From Rhizodiscina lignyota (Eukaryota): a stretch of DNA of 64,000 bases. Made by a program: the position numbers and the translations under genes. The stretch is from positions 372,001 through 436,000 of the forward strand of contig ML978129.1 of NCBI GenBank assembly GCA_010015805.1, in the 5' to 3' direction. Every line of letters begins with the position of its first letter. The stretch's first letter is position 1. The notes below the pieces were generated by a model that saw nothing but the letters and a program-made list of their open reading frames with translations, did no database searches and had not been told where the DNA came from. Shown here in pieces: positions 11,951-22,937 of this stretch.

Positions 11951-13291
11951 ATGTCTCCTAAGGCGCTGACGGGATTCTTTAGATCATTTTCACCTTATAA
12001 TCGTTCAGTATTCTCAGCGTCTCGTTCTTATAGACTCGATTGCGTCCTTGGTTGCGCATTTCCTAGGCGCTATTCACATTTCTCTAGAGGATATCAATCC
12101 ACTTTCTCCGTTATCTGTACGCGCAAAATGTCTACTAAGAATGGTACGGTAGCTACCGATGGCTCTGCTCCTCCCAAACCGAACAATTGGGCCTCGCCAG
12201 GCCCAGCAGCCTTCGACTTTCGCTCCGACACCATCACGACGCCAACCGCGTCGATGCTCGCTGCTATCAGCGCTTGTACCCTCCTCGACGACGTATTTGT
12301 CGAAGATCCAACTACAAATGACCTTGAATCCTTCATCGCATCTCTCACTGGCTTTCCTGCAGCCCTCCTAGTACTGTCTGGCACCATGGGCAACCAGGTC
12401 GCACTGCGGTCGCACCTAGCGGGCCCACCCCACTCGATACTCTGCGACCACCGTGCACACATACTGAAACATGAGGCTGGTGGATGTGCGAGCTTGAGCC
12501 AGGCGATGGTTATGGGTGTAACGCCGAAGAACGGCGTATACTTGACGTTAGAGGATGTACAGGAGAATGCGGATCTGGACGACAATGTCCACCACTGTCC
12601 TACCAAGGTCATCAGTCTGGAAAATACGCTCGGAGGGGCGATTATGCCGCTAGAGGAGTGCAGGAAGATAAGCGAGTGGGCACGTGAAAGAGGGATCATC
12701 ATGCACTTGGACGGAGCACGGTTATGGGAAGCTGTTGCGGCAGATGCGGGCACGCTGAAGGAATACTGTGCGCTGTTCGACAGCGTGAGTCTTTGCTTTA
12801 GCAAAGGATTGGGCGCACCAATTGGCAGTATCATTGTTGGATGCAAAGACTTTATCAAGCGGTGTAGATGGATAAGAAAGAGCATTGGCGGTGGACTCAG
12901 AATGGTCGGCGTTATCTCGTCGGCAGCAAGAGTATCAGTTGAGGAGACGTTCTTGAGCGGCAAGTTGAAACAAAGCCATGCCAATGCGCGGAGAATCGAA
13001 GTGATGTGGAAGGGGCTGGGCGGGAAAGTTGACTTGCCGGTCGAGACGAATATGGTGTGGCTCAATCTCAAGGCTGCGGGAATCAGCGCGGACGAGTTTA
13101 TCAAGTTGGCGCAAACAGAGGGATTGAGGACAATGGGCGGAAGGCTCGTTGTGCACTACCAAATATGCGAGGAGGCAATCCAGCGGTTAGAGAGCCTTGC
13201 GAAGAGAATATTGAAAGGAGGAGAGAAGCGCGTCGCCAACGGGGATGTTGAGATACCACCAAAGAAGCTGAAGATTCATGACGAACGATAG
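11951..13291 (+). CDS. GLY1: Low-specificity L-threonine aldolase (PLP-dependent)
   Basis: FDFRSDTITTPT, SGTMGNQVAL, LENT, HLDGARLWEA, and SLCFSKGLGAPIGS (PLP lysine). Second in-frame ATG at 12128. Confidence 0.95.
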   Translation: MSPKALTGFFRSFSPYNRSVFSASRSYRLDCVLGCAFPRRYSHFSRGYQSTFSVICTRKMSTKNGTVATDGSAPPKPNNWASPGPAAFDFRSDTITTPTASMLAAISACTLLDDVFVEDPTTNDLESFIASLTGFPAALLVLSGTMGNQVALRSHLAGPPHSILCDHRAHILKHEAGGCASLSQAMVMGVTPKNGVYLTLEDVQENADLDDNVHHCPTKVISLENTLGGAIMPLEECRKISEWARERGIIMHLDGARLWEAVAADAGTLKEYCALFDSVSLCFSKGLGAPIGSIIVGCKDFIKRCRWIRKSIGGGLRMVGVISSAARVSVEETFLSGKLKQSHANARRIEVMWKGLGGKVDLPVETNMVWLNLKAAGISADEFIKLAQTEGLRTMGGRLVVHYQICEEAIQRLESLAKRILKGGEKRVANGDVEIPPKKLKIHDER

Positions 13292-13584
13292 ATGATCAGA
13301 CATGACATAATAGACACGTATTTTGTCATGTCTCAAACGTAGATATCTACACGGTCATGTGTCTGATCCCCGTTTCACGTAGTACCCCTTGAGGATGTTA
13401 CACATTCCTTATAGCCAAGAATCCACATTCCTAAGATCGTCAAGATGTTGTTTCATTGTTCTCGTTTCTACGTCACAGGATTCATTCGTCCCATATGTAA
13501 TGTCGCGTTTCTCGTCGCATGGCTGCTAATGTATTTCGCTAATCGCACCTTCCCCCGAGTACGAACCAGACAACTTCCAACACC

Positions 13585-14352
13585 ATGTTCGCGCCATTAT
13601 CGTTGCTCTTCCTACCACTCCTCCTTACCGTTTCTCTCGCCAGTCCGGAAGCCACGACAACACTGACGGCGTCAGCAGCAGCGGCCACCGCCACTGGGCC
13701 AGCAGCATCTTCCGCAGCAGCCGCTGCTTCATCTGGCCAGCCAAATCCTTTTGTCATCCCTCCTGCCGGCCTTGGATTCAAAGCTGGACAGGCATCTGTA
13801 CTGAACTGGCAGCCTACCACACATGACACTGTGACTCTCGTGCTGCGAAGCGGCAATGGAGCGAACTTGGAGGCTGGCACGGTCATCGCGAAGAACATTC
13901 CCAATACTGGCGCGTTTACTTGGACGCCAGACGCTTCCATCACCAAAGGTTCCGATTATGCTCTTGAGATTATTGACGACGCAAATCCGGACAATACGAA
14001 CTATACGCCCTTATTCAGCATTGATTCGACAAATGTGAAGGCGACAGCGACGCCGAAAGTTACGTATGGATTCGCGAGTACAAAGCTTGCAACGACCGTT
14101 GAAACGACGACGACGACATCGACATCGAAAAGTGTGACCGGCAGCACGAGCAGCAGTGTGAGTGGAAGTGTGAGCGGTAGTGTGAGCAGCAGTGTGAGCA
14201 CAACTGTTAGTGTGTCGACGACGAGTGCGAGCGGGTCATCGGATACAGCGGTGGCGACCGAGACTGGAAGTGCTGGAGTGGCGAGCAGGGAAATATACGG
14301 AGCTGCGGATTTGGTGGCTATTGCTGCGGTCCTGGTGGCTCTGGTTGCTTAG
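13585..14352 (+). CDS. Ser/Thr-rich GPI-anchored cell-surface protein (Kre9/KNH-like N-terminal Ig-like domain)
   Basis: Signal peptide MFAPLSLLFLPLLLTVSLA, the NPF..P..G...W.PT...VTLVL..G...IPNTGAFTWTP...DYALEI...NYT..F domain, an S/T-rich stalk with SVSG repeats, and a hydrophobic C-terminal GPI signal. Confidence 0.88.
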   Translation: MFAPLSLLFLPLLLTVSLASPEATTTLTASAAAATATGPAASSAAAAASSGQPNPFVIPPAGLGFKAGQASVLNWQPTTHDTVTLVLRSGNGANLEAGTVIAKNIPNTGAFTWTPDASITKGSDYALEIIDDANPDNTNYTPLFSIDSTNVKATATPKVTYGFASTKLATTVETTTTTSTSKSVTGSTSSSVSGSVSGSVSSSVSTTVSVSTTSASGSSDTAVATETGSAGVASREIYGAADLVAIAAVLVALVA

Positions 14353-14429
14353 CTTGACTGTTTGCTGGTTGTATGATTACCACACATAAGAAACTCCAAT
14401 CGATCGGCTTATTTGTTTAACATGGGTTC

Positions 14430-15933
14430 TCACTCGTAAAGCGCGTCTATTGGATTCCTCGGTTCGCGCACTGTGCTGCCCTCAAATCTTTGCAGTAGAG
14501 AGACGTTCCAGTCCTGAAAGCGCTGGGCAGAAGATGGTAGCAGATCCGCATTAGACTGCAATGCATCTTCAAGGGATGCATAAGCCGCGGTCGGTAGTTC
14601 GATGTGCTCGAATGAAGTGCTTTGCCTTTCTATGACACGGCTTAAGTCGAGTTGGTGTTGCCAAAAAACTTTCATTGCACGTGTAGGATCGTGCCTCGAT
14701 TCATGATGAACAGAGCTTGAAAAGCAGAGATCGGGGGTGAAGACCCAAAGCTGATTTATCGTCAGTGTTAACGATATGTAGCGCGGTTGGGGATGAAATA
14801 CCATTAACCCTCCAGGGCGTTCTTTGCCAGAACCTTGCTGCTGAATCGCAAACTTACGGACGCCGATATTCTGTATCGCTGCAAGAAGTTGAGCTGATAT
14901 CCACTGCTGGATATCGTTCTGCTCGCTCTCATCTTCATGCGCGACAATGACCGCCCACTTAAAGATGCGATAACCGCCGGCGATATCATCGACCACACCA
15001 ATGGGCATATTACATTGATTGCACAAAACATCAAATGTGGCTGCTGGTTCAGACAAAGTTTTATTCGTCTACGTTTGAAATAGTCAGCTATCTCAGCTAT
15101 CTATATGTATCTTGCACTTATCTCGCCCATCTCTTTTCATTCGAGCAGGGCAATGAAACGGCAAGGAACCTGCAACTTTGAGATGCAGGCTCGTTCAATA
15201 TTGGGCGGTAGTAACGGAGGTCTTGTCACTGAACAGGACAGAGCCTCCTTCTTTTACGCCCGTGCATAGGGTTTGCTAAAGGTTCAAGTGATAAAAGGGA
15301 AACACGACCTACCACAGCGCCAGCGCAATCTTCCGCGGCGAGGAGAAAATACATTGTGTCAACGAAGCCTGTGCCAGAGGAAGCCGTGAGCTTGTTGCCA
15401 GCGGCGTAGCCTTTGCGGGATGGTGCATCATTTGCATCATGGTGACTGTGATCGTGATGTTCGTCAGGCTTATGACAGTGCCAAAAGTCCATCATATCTG
15501 CCCAGTTCTCACTGGGGAGGTCTTTCCACTCGCGCACGGTTCCCTTTGGAATTAACACGTTGTCGCATTTCCCACATTTGATTTCCGTTTCCGTGCTCAG
15601 GGACAGTGCGTCCCATGGCACAGGATTGTCTGAACCGGAGTCTGGGAAATCGCTGTACCTCAGCAAGCCTGGGGCCTTTTCTTCAAGCAGCAGGCGTAAT
15701 GTGAGTTCCTTTGCCGGAGTGGGTGGAAGAGCGAGTGCTGCAGAACCACCACCCGAGATCTTCGTTGGTAATCTGATGCTTGCAGATTCACCTTCATGAG
15801 TTACAGTGATTGACTCGCCGTCTGCAGAGAGCGTGGCTTTGGTCTCATGGTTGTGTTCAGATTTGAGTGTCGCGAAGAAGGTGACAGTGCGTATATTCAA
15901 AAGAAGCTCAGCATACAGCTGAATAGAAGCCAT
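14430..15933 (-). CDS. IPA1: HECT_2 / UBE3D family protein (Ipa1-like)
   Basis: Signature CGKC...WKDLPSENWADMMDFWHCHKP and a second CNQC...G motif. Phase-0 intron 15312-15069 (GTAGGT...CTGAC...TAG) and a short in-frame intron near 14800-14750. Confidence 0.85.
15103..15263 (-). ncRNA. Intronic box H/ACA guide RNA; 5' pocket complementary to U2 snRNA (snR81-like)
   Basis: Read on the minus strand. Hairpin 1: GGGCG/CGCCC lower stem, pocket UAAAAGAA + GUUACUAC, GGAGG/CCUCC upper stem, then H-like AUAUUG 14 nt below the pocket top. Hinge hairpin: GAGCCUGCA/UGCAGGUUC. Hairpin 2: CUUGC/GCAAG, pocket CGUUUCA + GAUAAGU, UUGCCC/GGGCGA, then an ACA box exactly 14 nt below the pocket top, followed by 3 nt. 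Confidence 0.8.
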
Positions 15934-16023
15934 TGTCAGAATACCATAATCAAAATCCCAAAAAGTTTGGAGAAGAAGTGGTGTTTGGTTGTTGGAGGAG
16001 ATTGAAGGAGAGAAAGTTTGAGA

Positions 16024-16063
16024 ACGCGAGTGGAACTTTTATACGCGTCGCGGATAAGATAAG
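16024..16063. promoter_or_regulatory. Motif cluster in the 308-bp IPA1/RRP4 bidirectional promoter
   Basis: ACGCGA (16024), MCB-like ACGCGT (16043-16048), and tandem GATAAGATAAG (16053-16063). Function is inferred only. Confidence 0.35.
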
Positions 16064-16241
16064 ATCAGATCATCGTAGGCTGCGGTGCGGCATAACTAAT
16101 AAACTGCCATATCAAACTGATGTCAACCCAACATTTTGTCAAGCTCAATTGAGGCTCTTTGAACCTTTTCTCCCCCGTTCCACCCTCACACTTAGTCGAG
16201 GCTACCTTGAAATATATCATTGGCTGCCCATAAACCTGAAA

Positions 16242-17373
16242 ATGCCGCTCACGATCCTACCTCCGGCCCCAGCAGCACCTGTCGCACGACACAATGAACC
16301 TTCTGACGAAGACGAGTTCTGGGACTCCGATGGCGATGTGGAGATGGAAGAAATATCGAGGGCGGGCAAACGCCCACGCCTATCGAGGAAGAACATAGTT
16401 ACTCCAGGAGAGCTTGTCACGGACGATCCACAATGGATGAGGTCCGCGTTTCGTATTCTATCCCCAGTAAAACATGAGGACTAATTAAATATCCAGAGGT
16501 CATGGCACATTTCAGCTACCATCTTCCACGTCTATCCACTCCACTGTGTCCGGGACACTGATAAAGACGAACAAACTCCTCTCCATCCTGCCCCTACGCG
16601 CGCGCTACACTCCCGAGATAGGAGATTTGGTCGTTGGTCGAATATTCGAAGTCCAGCAGCGGCGATGGCGTGTCGATGTTGCAGCATCTCTTCTAGCTGA
16701 TCTGCCTCTGTCCGCTATCAACTTACCGGGAGGCATTCTGCGACGAAGGACGGCGGTCGATGAGTTAAACATCAGGACATTCTTCACGGAAGGCGACCTT
16801 CTAGTGGCAGAAGTACAGAGCATTCGCTCTGATGGGAGCGCTTCCCTGCATACGCGCAGTCTGAAGTACGGCAAATTGAGGAATGGATACTTCATGTCCG
16901 TGTCCGGATCAGGTGGCAGTGGTGGGAGAAGAGGTGGTGTTGCGCGCAGCAGAAGACAGGTCATCACGATACAGACAGCAAGAGGCGGTGGAGAGATTGA
17001 CGTTGTGCTCGGGGTCAACGGCTACATCTGGATCGCGAAGCATGTGGAGCCCGATGAAGCAGGCAAAGACGTGAGCATTACCAGGCTCGAAGAGACCGTC
17101 AGCCAGAGCATATATTCGAGCCAGAACGACGAGATTGGTATTCAAACGCGAAAGGAAATCTCAAGAGTAGCCGGAGTGATCAAAGCATTGGTCGAAGGAG
17201 GTAGAAGAGTGGATGAGGAGCTGATTGTCAAAGGCTACGAGGCAAGCCTGGAAGTGGATGCCGAAATGGATATTCACGGTACCGCTCAAGCAGATGAAGA
17301 AGGTGCAGAATGGCTCGGAGGCGAGAAGGGGAAGAGAGTCGTAGAAATTGCGTTAAGTTCCATGATTGAATGA
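16242..17373 (+). CDS. RRP4: Exosome complex cap subunit Rrp4 (S1 + KH domains)
   Basis: [20 protein letters not shown] across intron 16442-16496; [39 protein letters not shown]. Confidence 0.96.
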
Positions 17374-18185
17374 GCTGGATATGGTAGGTGTTCGTGGTGC
17401 AGCAGTGCGGTGTCTTTCTCGAGCATAGCATCATGATACCCTGTCTGCGACTAATACAATACACGAAACGACTAGGCAAAACACAGCAGCGTGCGGAAGA
17501 TTGTGGCCGCTTTATTGGTTTTATCATGGATCGTCTGGCTGTTTTACTGACTCTTAAGCCCTGTGAAGCAAATAATTTACAAACGCAAACGCTGCGTCGG
17601 CCGTTTGTCGGATTCTGATTCAGCAGCACATTGCTCACGTCAACACTTCTATTGCGACCTCTGTGCAATCACAGGCCATTCACTACGAGCCAAGAGATGT
17701 ATTTCCCCTCAGCACGGGTTTCCTCTCTGCCCATCTATGCCCATTCATCGAATCATCATCGTGGTTGAATCTGTCCTGCAGGTTGATTAGGAGTCTGCCG
17801 GGGAGAGACAATCCTCATTCAAGCTGTTACCGCAGCCCCAAGACTACCTTGTGACTCTCAATCGCTTCAATTATGAGGGTTCCTGTTCGTTTTAAGCCAA
17901 TTGGAATTATTATAGTTGCTTATTCATTGTACGTCGTCCATATTATGAAAATGAAGCGAGTAAAAGTCTTGGAGCCTCCTGAGAAGAGTATATTTAAGAG
18001 AGCTTTCATTCCTCTGTTCTCAATTCCTTCACTAGCTCTCTATCCATATTTCATAGCGTGCGCATTCTGTTTGCCTGTCCAAAGTGTTGGCAAGATAAAT
18101 TCCAAGGGGACTCGTCACAAGCAGATATCAGTCTCTTCCGGACTTGTAACGCAACATCCAAACCAAAACAACACAATCAGTCACA

Positions 18186-19286
18186 ATGCATCACGGCTAC
18201 CCTCATACCATGCGCGCAATTGTCGCCGAAAAGAATGGGCCGCCATCCGTTCTCGAAATCAAAGAAGACTATCCCACGCCTGAGGCCAAGCCCGACCTCG
18301 CCGTAATCAAGGTCAAAGCTTTTGGCATCAACTACGCTGAGAAGTACATGCGAGCTGGTGACTGGCCAGACCACTGTCCCATCAACGGTATCGAGTGCGT
18401 CGGAGTCGTGGTCAATTCTGAATCTACCGACTTTCCCGTCGGTACGGCTGTTGCAGCGTTAATGGGCGGCATGGGACTCGCCATCAACGGCAGCTACGCC
18501 GAATACACAGCAGTGCCACTCGCGAACATCGTCAAACTGGCTAGCTCTGAGGAAGAGCTGTTGAAGACGGGACTAAGTTGGGCCCAGGTGGCTGCCATCC
18601 CGGAGACCTATGCTACGGCGTGGACGTGTCTGTTCCGAAACCTCGAAATTAAGAAGGGCGATAGACTGCTCATCAGAGCAGGAACGTCCGCCCTGGGCCG
18701 CGCGGCCATCAATCTCGCTGTCCAGGCTGGCGCCGAAGTTACCGCTACGACGAGGAAGGCGGAGCGTGCAGAAGGCCTGAAGAAACTCGGAGCGAAGGAC
18801 GTCATTCTCGAGTCGGAGGGACTGTCGTCACAAGTTCTGCGGGGCGAGAAGGGCGAGAAGTTCGACGCAATCTATGAACTTGTGGGGAACAGCGTGGTGC
18901 TCGATTCGCTCAAGCTCCTCCACAGAGGCGGCCGCTTGTGTATGGCTGGCTTCCTCGGTGGTTTAGATCCCATCAAGGATTTCAATCCATTGTGGCAGAT
19001 GGCCAGTGGTGTGCACTTCAGCTTCTTCGGAAGCTTCGTGTACGGGCAACCCGAGTTCCCAATGTCAGATGTACCTCTGGCGGACATAGTGAGAAGCGTT
19101 GCGGAAGGTACATTCAACGCAGAGCCATGGAAGGTCTTCAAATTTGAGGAAATTCAGCAGACGCACGAGTTAATGGACAAGAACGAGGCTGGTGGTAAGA
19201 TGGTGGTTGTGGTTGAAGAGAAGAAGAAAGCACCGATTGTTCTGGATCAACTCGAGCAGGAAATCAATGAGGTAAGCCGTGGGTGA
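18186..19286 (+). CDS. Medium-chain dehydrogenase/reductase, quinone-oxidoreductase-like (no catalytic Zn Cys cluster seen)
   Basis: IKVKAFGIN, GIECVGVV, GSYAEY, AAIPETYATAW, LLIRAGTSALGRAA, GKMVV. Intronless. Confidence 0.9.
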   Translation: MHHGYPHTMRAIVAEKNGPPSVLEIKEDYPTPEAKPDLAVIKVKAFGINYAEKYMRAGDWPDHCPINGIECVGVVVNSESTDFPVGTAVAALMGGMGLAINGSYAEYTAVPLANIVKLASSEEELLKTGLSWAQVAAIPETYATAWTCLFRNLEIKKGDRLLIRAGTSALGRAAINLAVQAGAEVTATTRKAERAEGLKKLGAKDVILESEGLSSQVLRGEKGEKFDAIYELVGNSVVLDSLKLLHRGGRLCMAGFLGGLDPIKDFNPLWQMASGVHFSFFGSFVYGQPEFPMSDVPLADIVRSVAEGTFNAEPWKVFKFEEIQQTHELMDKNEAGGKMVVVVEEKKKAPIVLDQLEQEINEVSRG

Positions 19287-19546
19287 CTCTCAAACTTGTA
19301 ATACATATCTGCCTGAATAGATGAAATCTTTTTGCTCGAAAATTCAACGGTAGCAAGTATGCAGTCTTCATAGTATTAATGCATCCCTTAACGGAAAGAA
19401 GGTTTTCTCCGCAACGAATCGGTATAATCCGAGGGTCCACACTTCGGCCACAGCAACACAACTCCTGGGATGCAAAAATGTTCCCTCAATCTAGCGAAAG
19501 GAGAGGACCCCCTCCTACTTCAATACAATCCACTCGGTCGGCTTCC

Positions 19547-20584
19547 TTACTCCAGGTATTCACCGCCCGTCTCCTTGTGGATCACGTCGAACATCGGCTT
19601 CGCTGCAAACCAGCCTGCCATAGGGCTTCCCACAGCCTTGTATGTATATTTCGCATCCTCCTCGTCGATCTTGATCGTCTTCCCACCGGTGCCGACAGCG
19701 GCGGCATCGGCCATCAGCTGAGCATGGCAGCACTTCTCCAAGCTAACGAACCAGAAGACGGCCGCCTCGATGGAATCGGCGCAGGTAAGCAAGCCGTGGT
19801 TCTGAAGCAATGCGGCCTTCTTGTCGCCAAGGGCCTTGGCGATGTTCTGGCCTTCCTCTTCAGCGAAGACAATGCCGTTGAAGGAGTCGTATACGACGTG
19901 ATCCTGGGCCCAAGTCAGTTTGGTTTTCTCTTTCTTAGGTTGGACAATTATGTACCTGATAGAAAGCACAGGAATCCTGTGTGATGATGTCCAAAGGCTT
20001 GCCGAGAGAGCAGAAGGAGCGGCCGTAGATGCTGTGGCTGTGAGCAGCGCAAAGGACATCCGGTCGAGCCTCGTGGATGGCGTGGTGGATCATGTATGCC
20101 GCAGTGTTCAGGAGACGGCATTCACCGCCATCGATGACCTTGCCCTCCTCGTTTACGCGAATGAGGTCGGATCTCTTGATCATGGAAAATGCGACACCGA
20201 ATGGGTTGACCCAGAAGGTCCTGGGTTCAACGGGATCCTGGAAAACAGTCAATCAGGACCGCCTTAAATTGGGAGATGTCTAATAGCATACTCGGAGAGT
20301 GATATGGCCTGCTACACCCTATATCTCATTTGTAAGCACGTGCCTGTTAATGTTTCCACGTTGTACGGAAGACCTACCTCATCGAAGCCATATTTGCCAA
20401 AGATACGGAATGCTGCGGCCAATCGACCCTTCAGATACTCACGCTCCTCGTACTTGTCCTCAAACTTGGGCGGCTTGGGGAAGTTTAGGCGCTCCATCTT
20501 CGCCTTTTGCTCTCCAACGCCGGGCTCATGGGGAGCCTTTGGCTGATGTAGCTCGGCAAGATCCTCGGTTCTTCCTGGAGCCAT
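19547..20584 (-). CDS. Class II aldolase/adducin-head family protein; multi-exon
   Basis: LAAAFRIFGKYGFDE|GVAGHITLR|DPVEPRTFWVNPFG, IHHAIHEARPDVLCAAHSHS, and LLQNHGLLT (metal-binding His residues). Confidence 0.92.
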
Positions 20585-22937
20585 TGTGACGTACTTTTGA
20601 AGATTTTAGTTTGAAGAAGTGGAAGTGAGAAGTGGCTACGTGATTGTCGAAAGAATTGAGGGTCGGAAAAGTAAGAAGATTAGGGCCAAGGGACCAATAT
20701 CAGTCAATCCGAGGGTAATCGGCACCTACTCGATGTCACAAGTCTCGCGCTTTTGCGGGGCTAACCCCCACCTTGCCACCTCCATACAGGTTGTCTTGTC
20801 TATTCTCCAGGCTACTTTTCCGTCGTGCAATCAGCGCCAAGGTATCCGGCGCATGATATACCGCTTTAATTCCGCTGCGAGATTCTGGGATGGGGCAGCT
20901 ACGACGACATTTTTCAAACTTTTCCTACGGACTGAGCCAGCACACTGCTGTCAGGCTTGGAAGTTCGGCGTATCTCTTACCCAAACAGGTCGGCAGGAAG
21001 TCATCCAGTAGGGCCACAATGACGGATGTGAGCCAGTACCGAGACAGCGAGAGTTCGATAGCACGGTTAAAATGTGCATCAGAGCATCAGCATCTCTGTC
21101 TCACAGGATGCGGCCGCAAGGGCCCTCCGAGGCCCTCCCGCTAGCGATCGTAGATGCCTGGTAAGAATAGTGATCGTACCGCCGAAAAATGTCCACATGG
21201 CAGAGGGACGGCTCTGAGTAAGATCCGGGCAGTCGATTGATCGAATTAGCTTGTACGGAGTGATTTGCATTGTTCAATATCGCTCCCACTCAAAGACAGC
21301 CAAGCATAAGAGCAATCGACCCGTCTCGGAGTGTTGCACCCAGTTGCCGATTCATCAGAATCGGCCCGTGGAGCCAAGAGCTCTATGCGTGTGGAAGACA
21401 GAAGTCGAAAATTTAGGACGGTATGGGCACCGAGGAAACAGTTGTAATAGGTGAGGTATAGGCTTTATATCTTCACACAAAGCCTGTCAGCTATTAGTAT
21501 CCAAATCGCGAGTCAGCGATCCAAGGCAATCCTCAATTTCCGCTTATATCGGCGAGCATTGGCTACGTTCGACCGATTATATCTCCCCCAGATCATCACA
21601 CGAACAAGCTAGTCTGAGGCTCCACTCCTTAAAGAACATGACATACTGGAGATTGTCTAAATATTATCCGGCCCTATCACTCGATCCGGGGTAATAAATT
21701 CATTGATCCGTCGTACTGATTGGAGTATTCTATCAACGACCTTTCCGCCTCACAACGAAGTGGGTTTCATCTACAGAACCATAATAGAGTGTCTCCTCTA
21801 TTTTCAGTTTCCTTATGTTATCCAACTTTCAAATTTACTGAGCTGTGACTCGTGAACACTAACGACAAAGATCGAGTATATAGCGCGAGAGGCGTCAACC
21901 ATTTTGGTGACCCTCGAGCCCAGCCATGAGACGGCCGCGACCCCGTCTTGGCACCTACAGCTATTTCACGAACTGGCATCTTCCGAATTTCATTTTCAAT
22001 ACTGAGGTCTTGGGTTTTTGCCTTGATGTTGAGAACGGAGAATAAGACGGATGCACCGAAGCAATGTCCGTGAGGGTTAGCAGGCCAAGAGGCCCTTCTA
22101 AATCCAGGCCTGTACGGGAGATCTTCGACTTCATCCGTCTGGGATTTGAGAATCGAGAAATATGACGAGCAAAAGATGCGAAATGGCCCGCATGGCCGTG
22201 TTTTTATTCCGTGGAATCGAGTGAAGCCTGGACCATCGTATTTCGGAGACTTTTTCGCAGAACGTTCGGCATACCGAAGATAGCCGCCACCACCCAACAT
22301 TATCCTGCATGGAGTTCGGGGACCCCGTATGGTGTGGGGCCATCCAGGCGTGGCTCTGAGGCAAAATTCCGATGCCGGATGGTTCGCTGCACGCGAGCCT
22401 TCGCTCAGGTTCTAGCGTAAGAACGTCGGCTGAGGAGACGGCGGCTGCTTACGCATTGCGCTGCGTCTCAGCGTCATATGGATGTTTCTTCATTTACATT
22501 CAATCGGTGGTTACATGCGAAAGGTTTTCAACAATCTTTAAACCCATTCTCGATCAGTCGACTGGAAAGACGCCAAGTTCGACGTCACCGTACACAATCG
22601 CCGTAGGAACATGTAGGGAGACGCGCTAGAACACCGGTAGCGATTGGGATTGGTCTCACCGTCCTTTACCATTCCCCTGGGCGGGTTAGCGATTTTCGAG
22701 TGGGGTTTCCCTTCCGGGCACTTTTTGACAATAGGGCGTATGACTGGCGACAAGACCCTTGGGTTAGTCATCGACACCATCTGCTACAAGCCCATCCCAT
22801 CGCAAGAATACCTATACGCCTTTAGCTTGAGGAAATCTTGAACCTGGGGCTTTGCAGCGAGCTTACTTATTACATCCTCCTGCCGTGTTGAACGAGAGGG
22901 CGCGCGACACGCCTTTCCGTCATTGCGTTCACTCCCC

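Noticed and set aside
12094..13104. 336-aa minus-strand ORF
   Set aside because: Antisense shadow of GLY1 with no recognisable motifs.
15933..16241. Apparent N-terminal extension of RRP4 in the ORF track
   Set aside because: It begins at a non-ATG codon and spans the bidirectional promoter. The ATG at 16242 fits the Rrp4 N-terminus.
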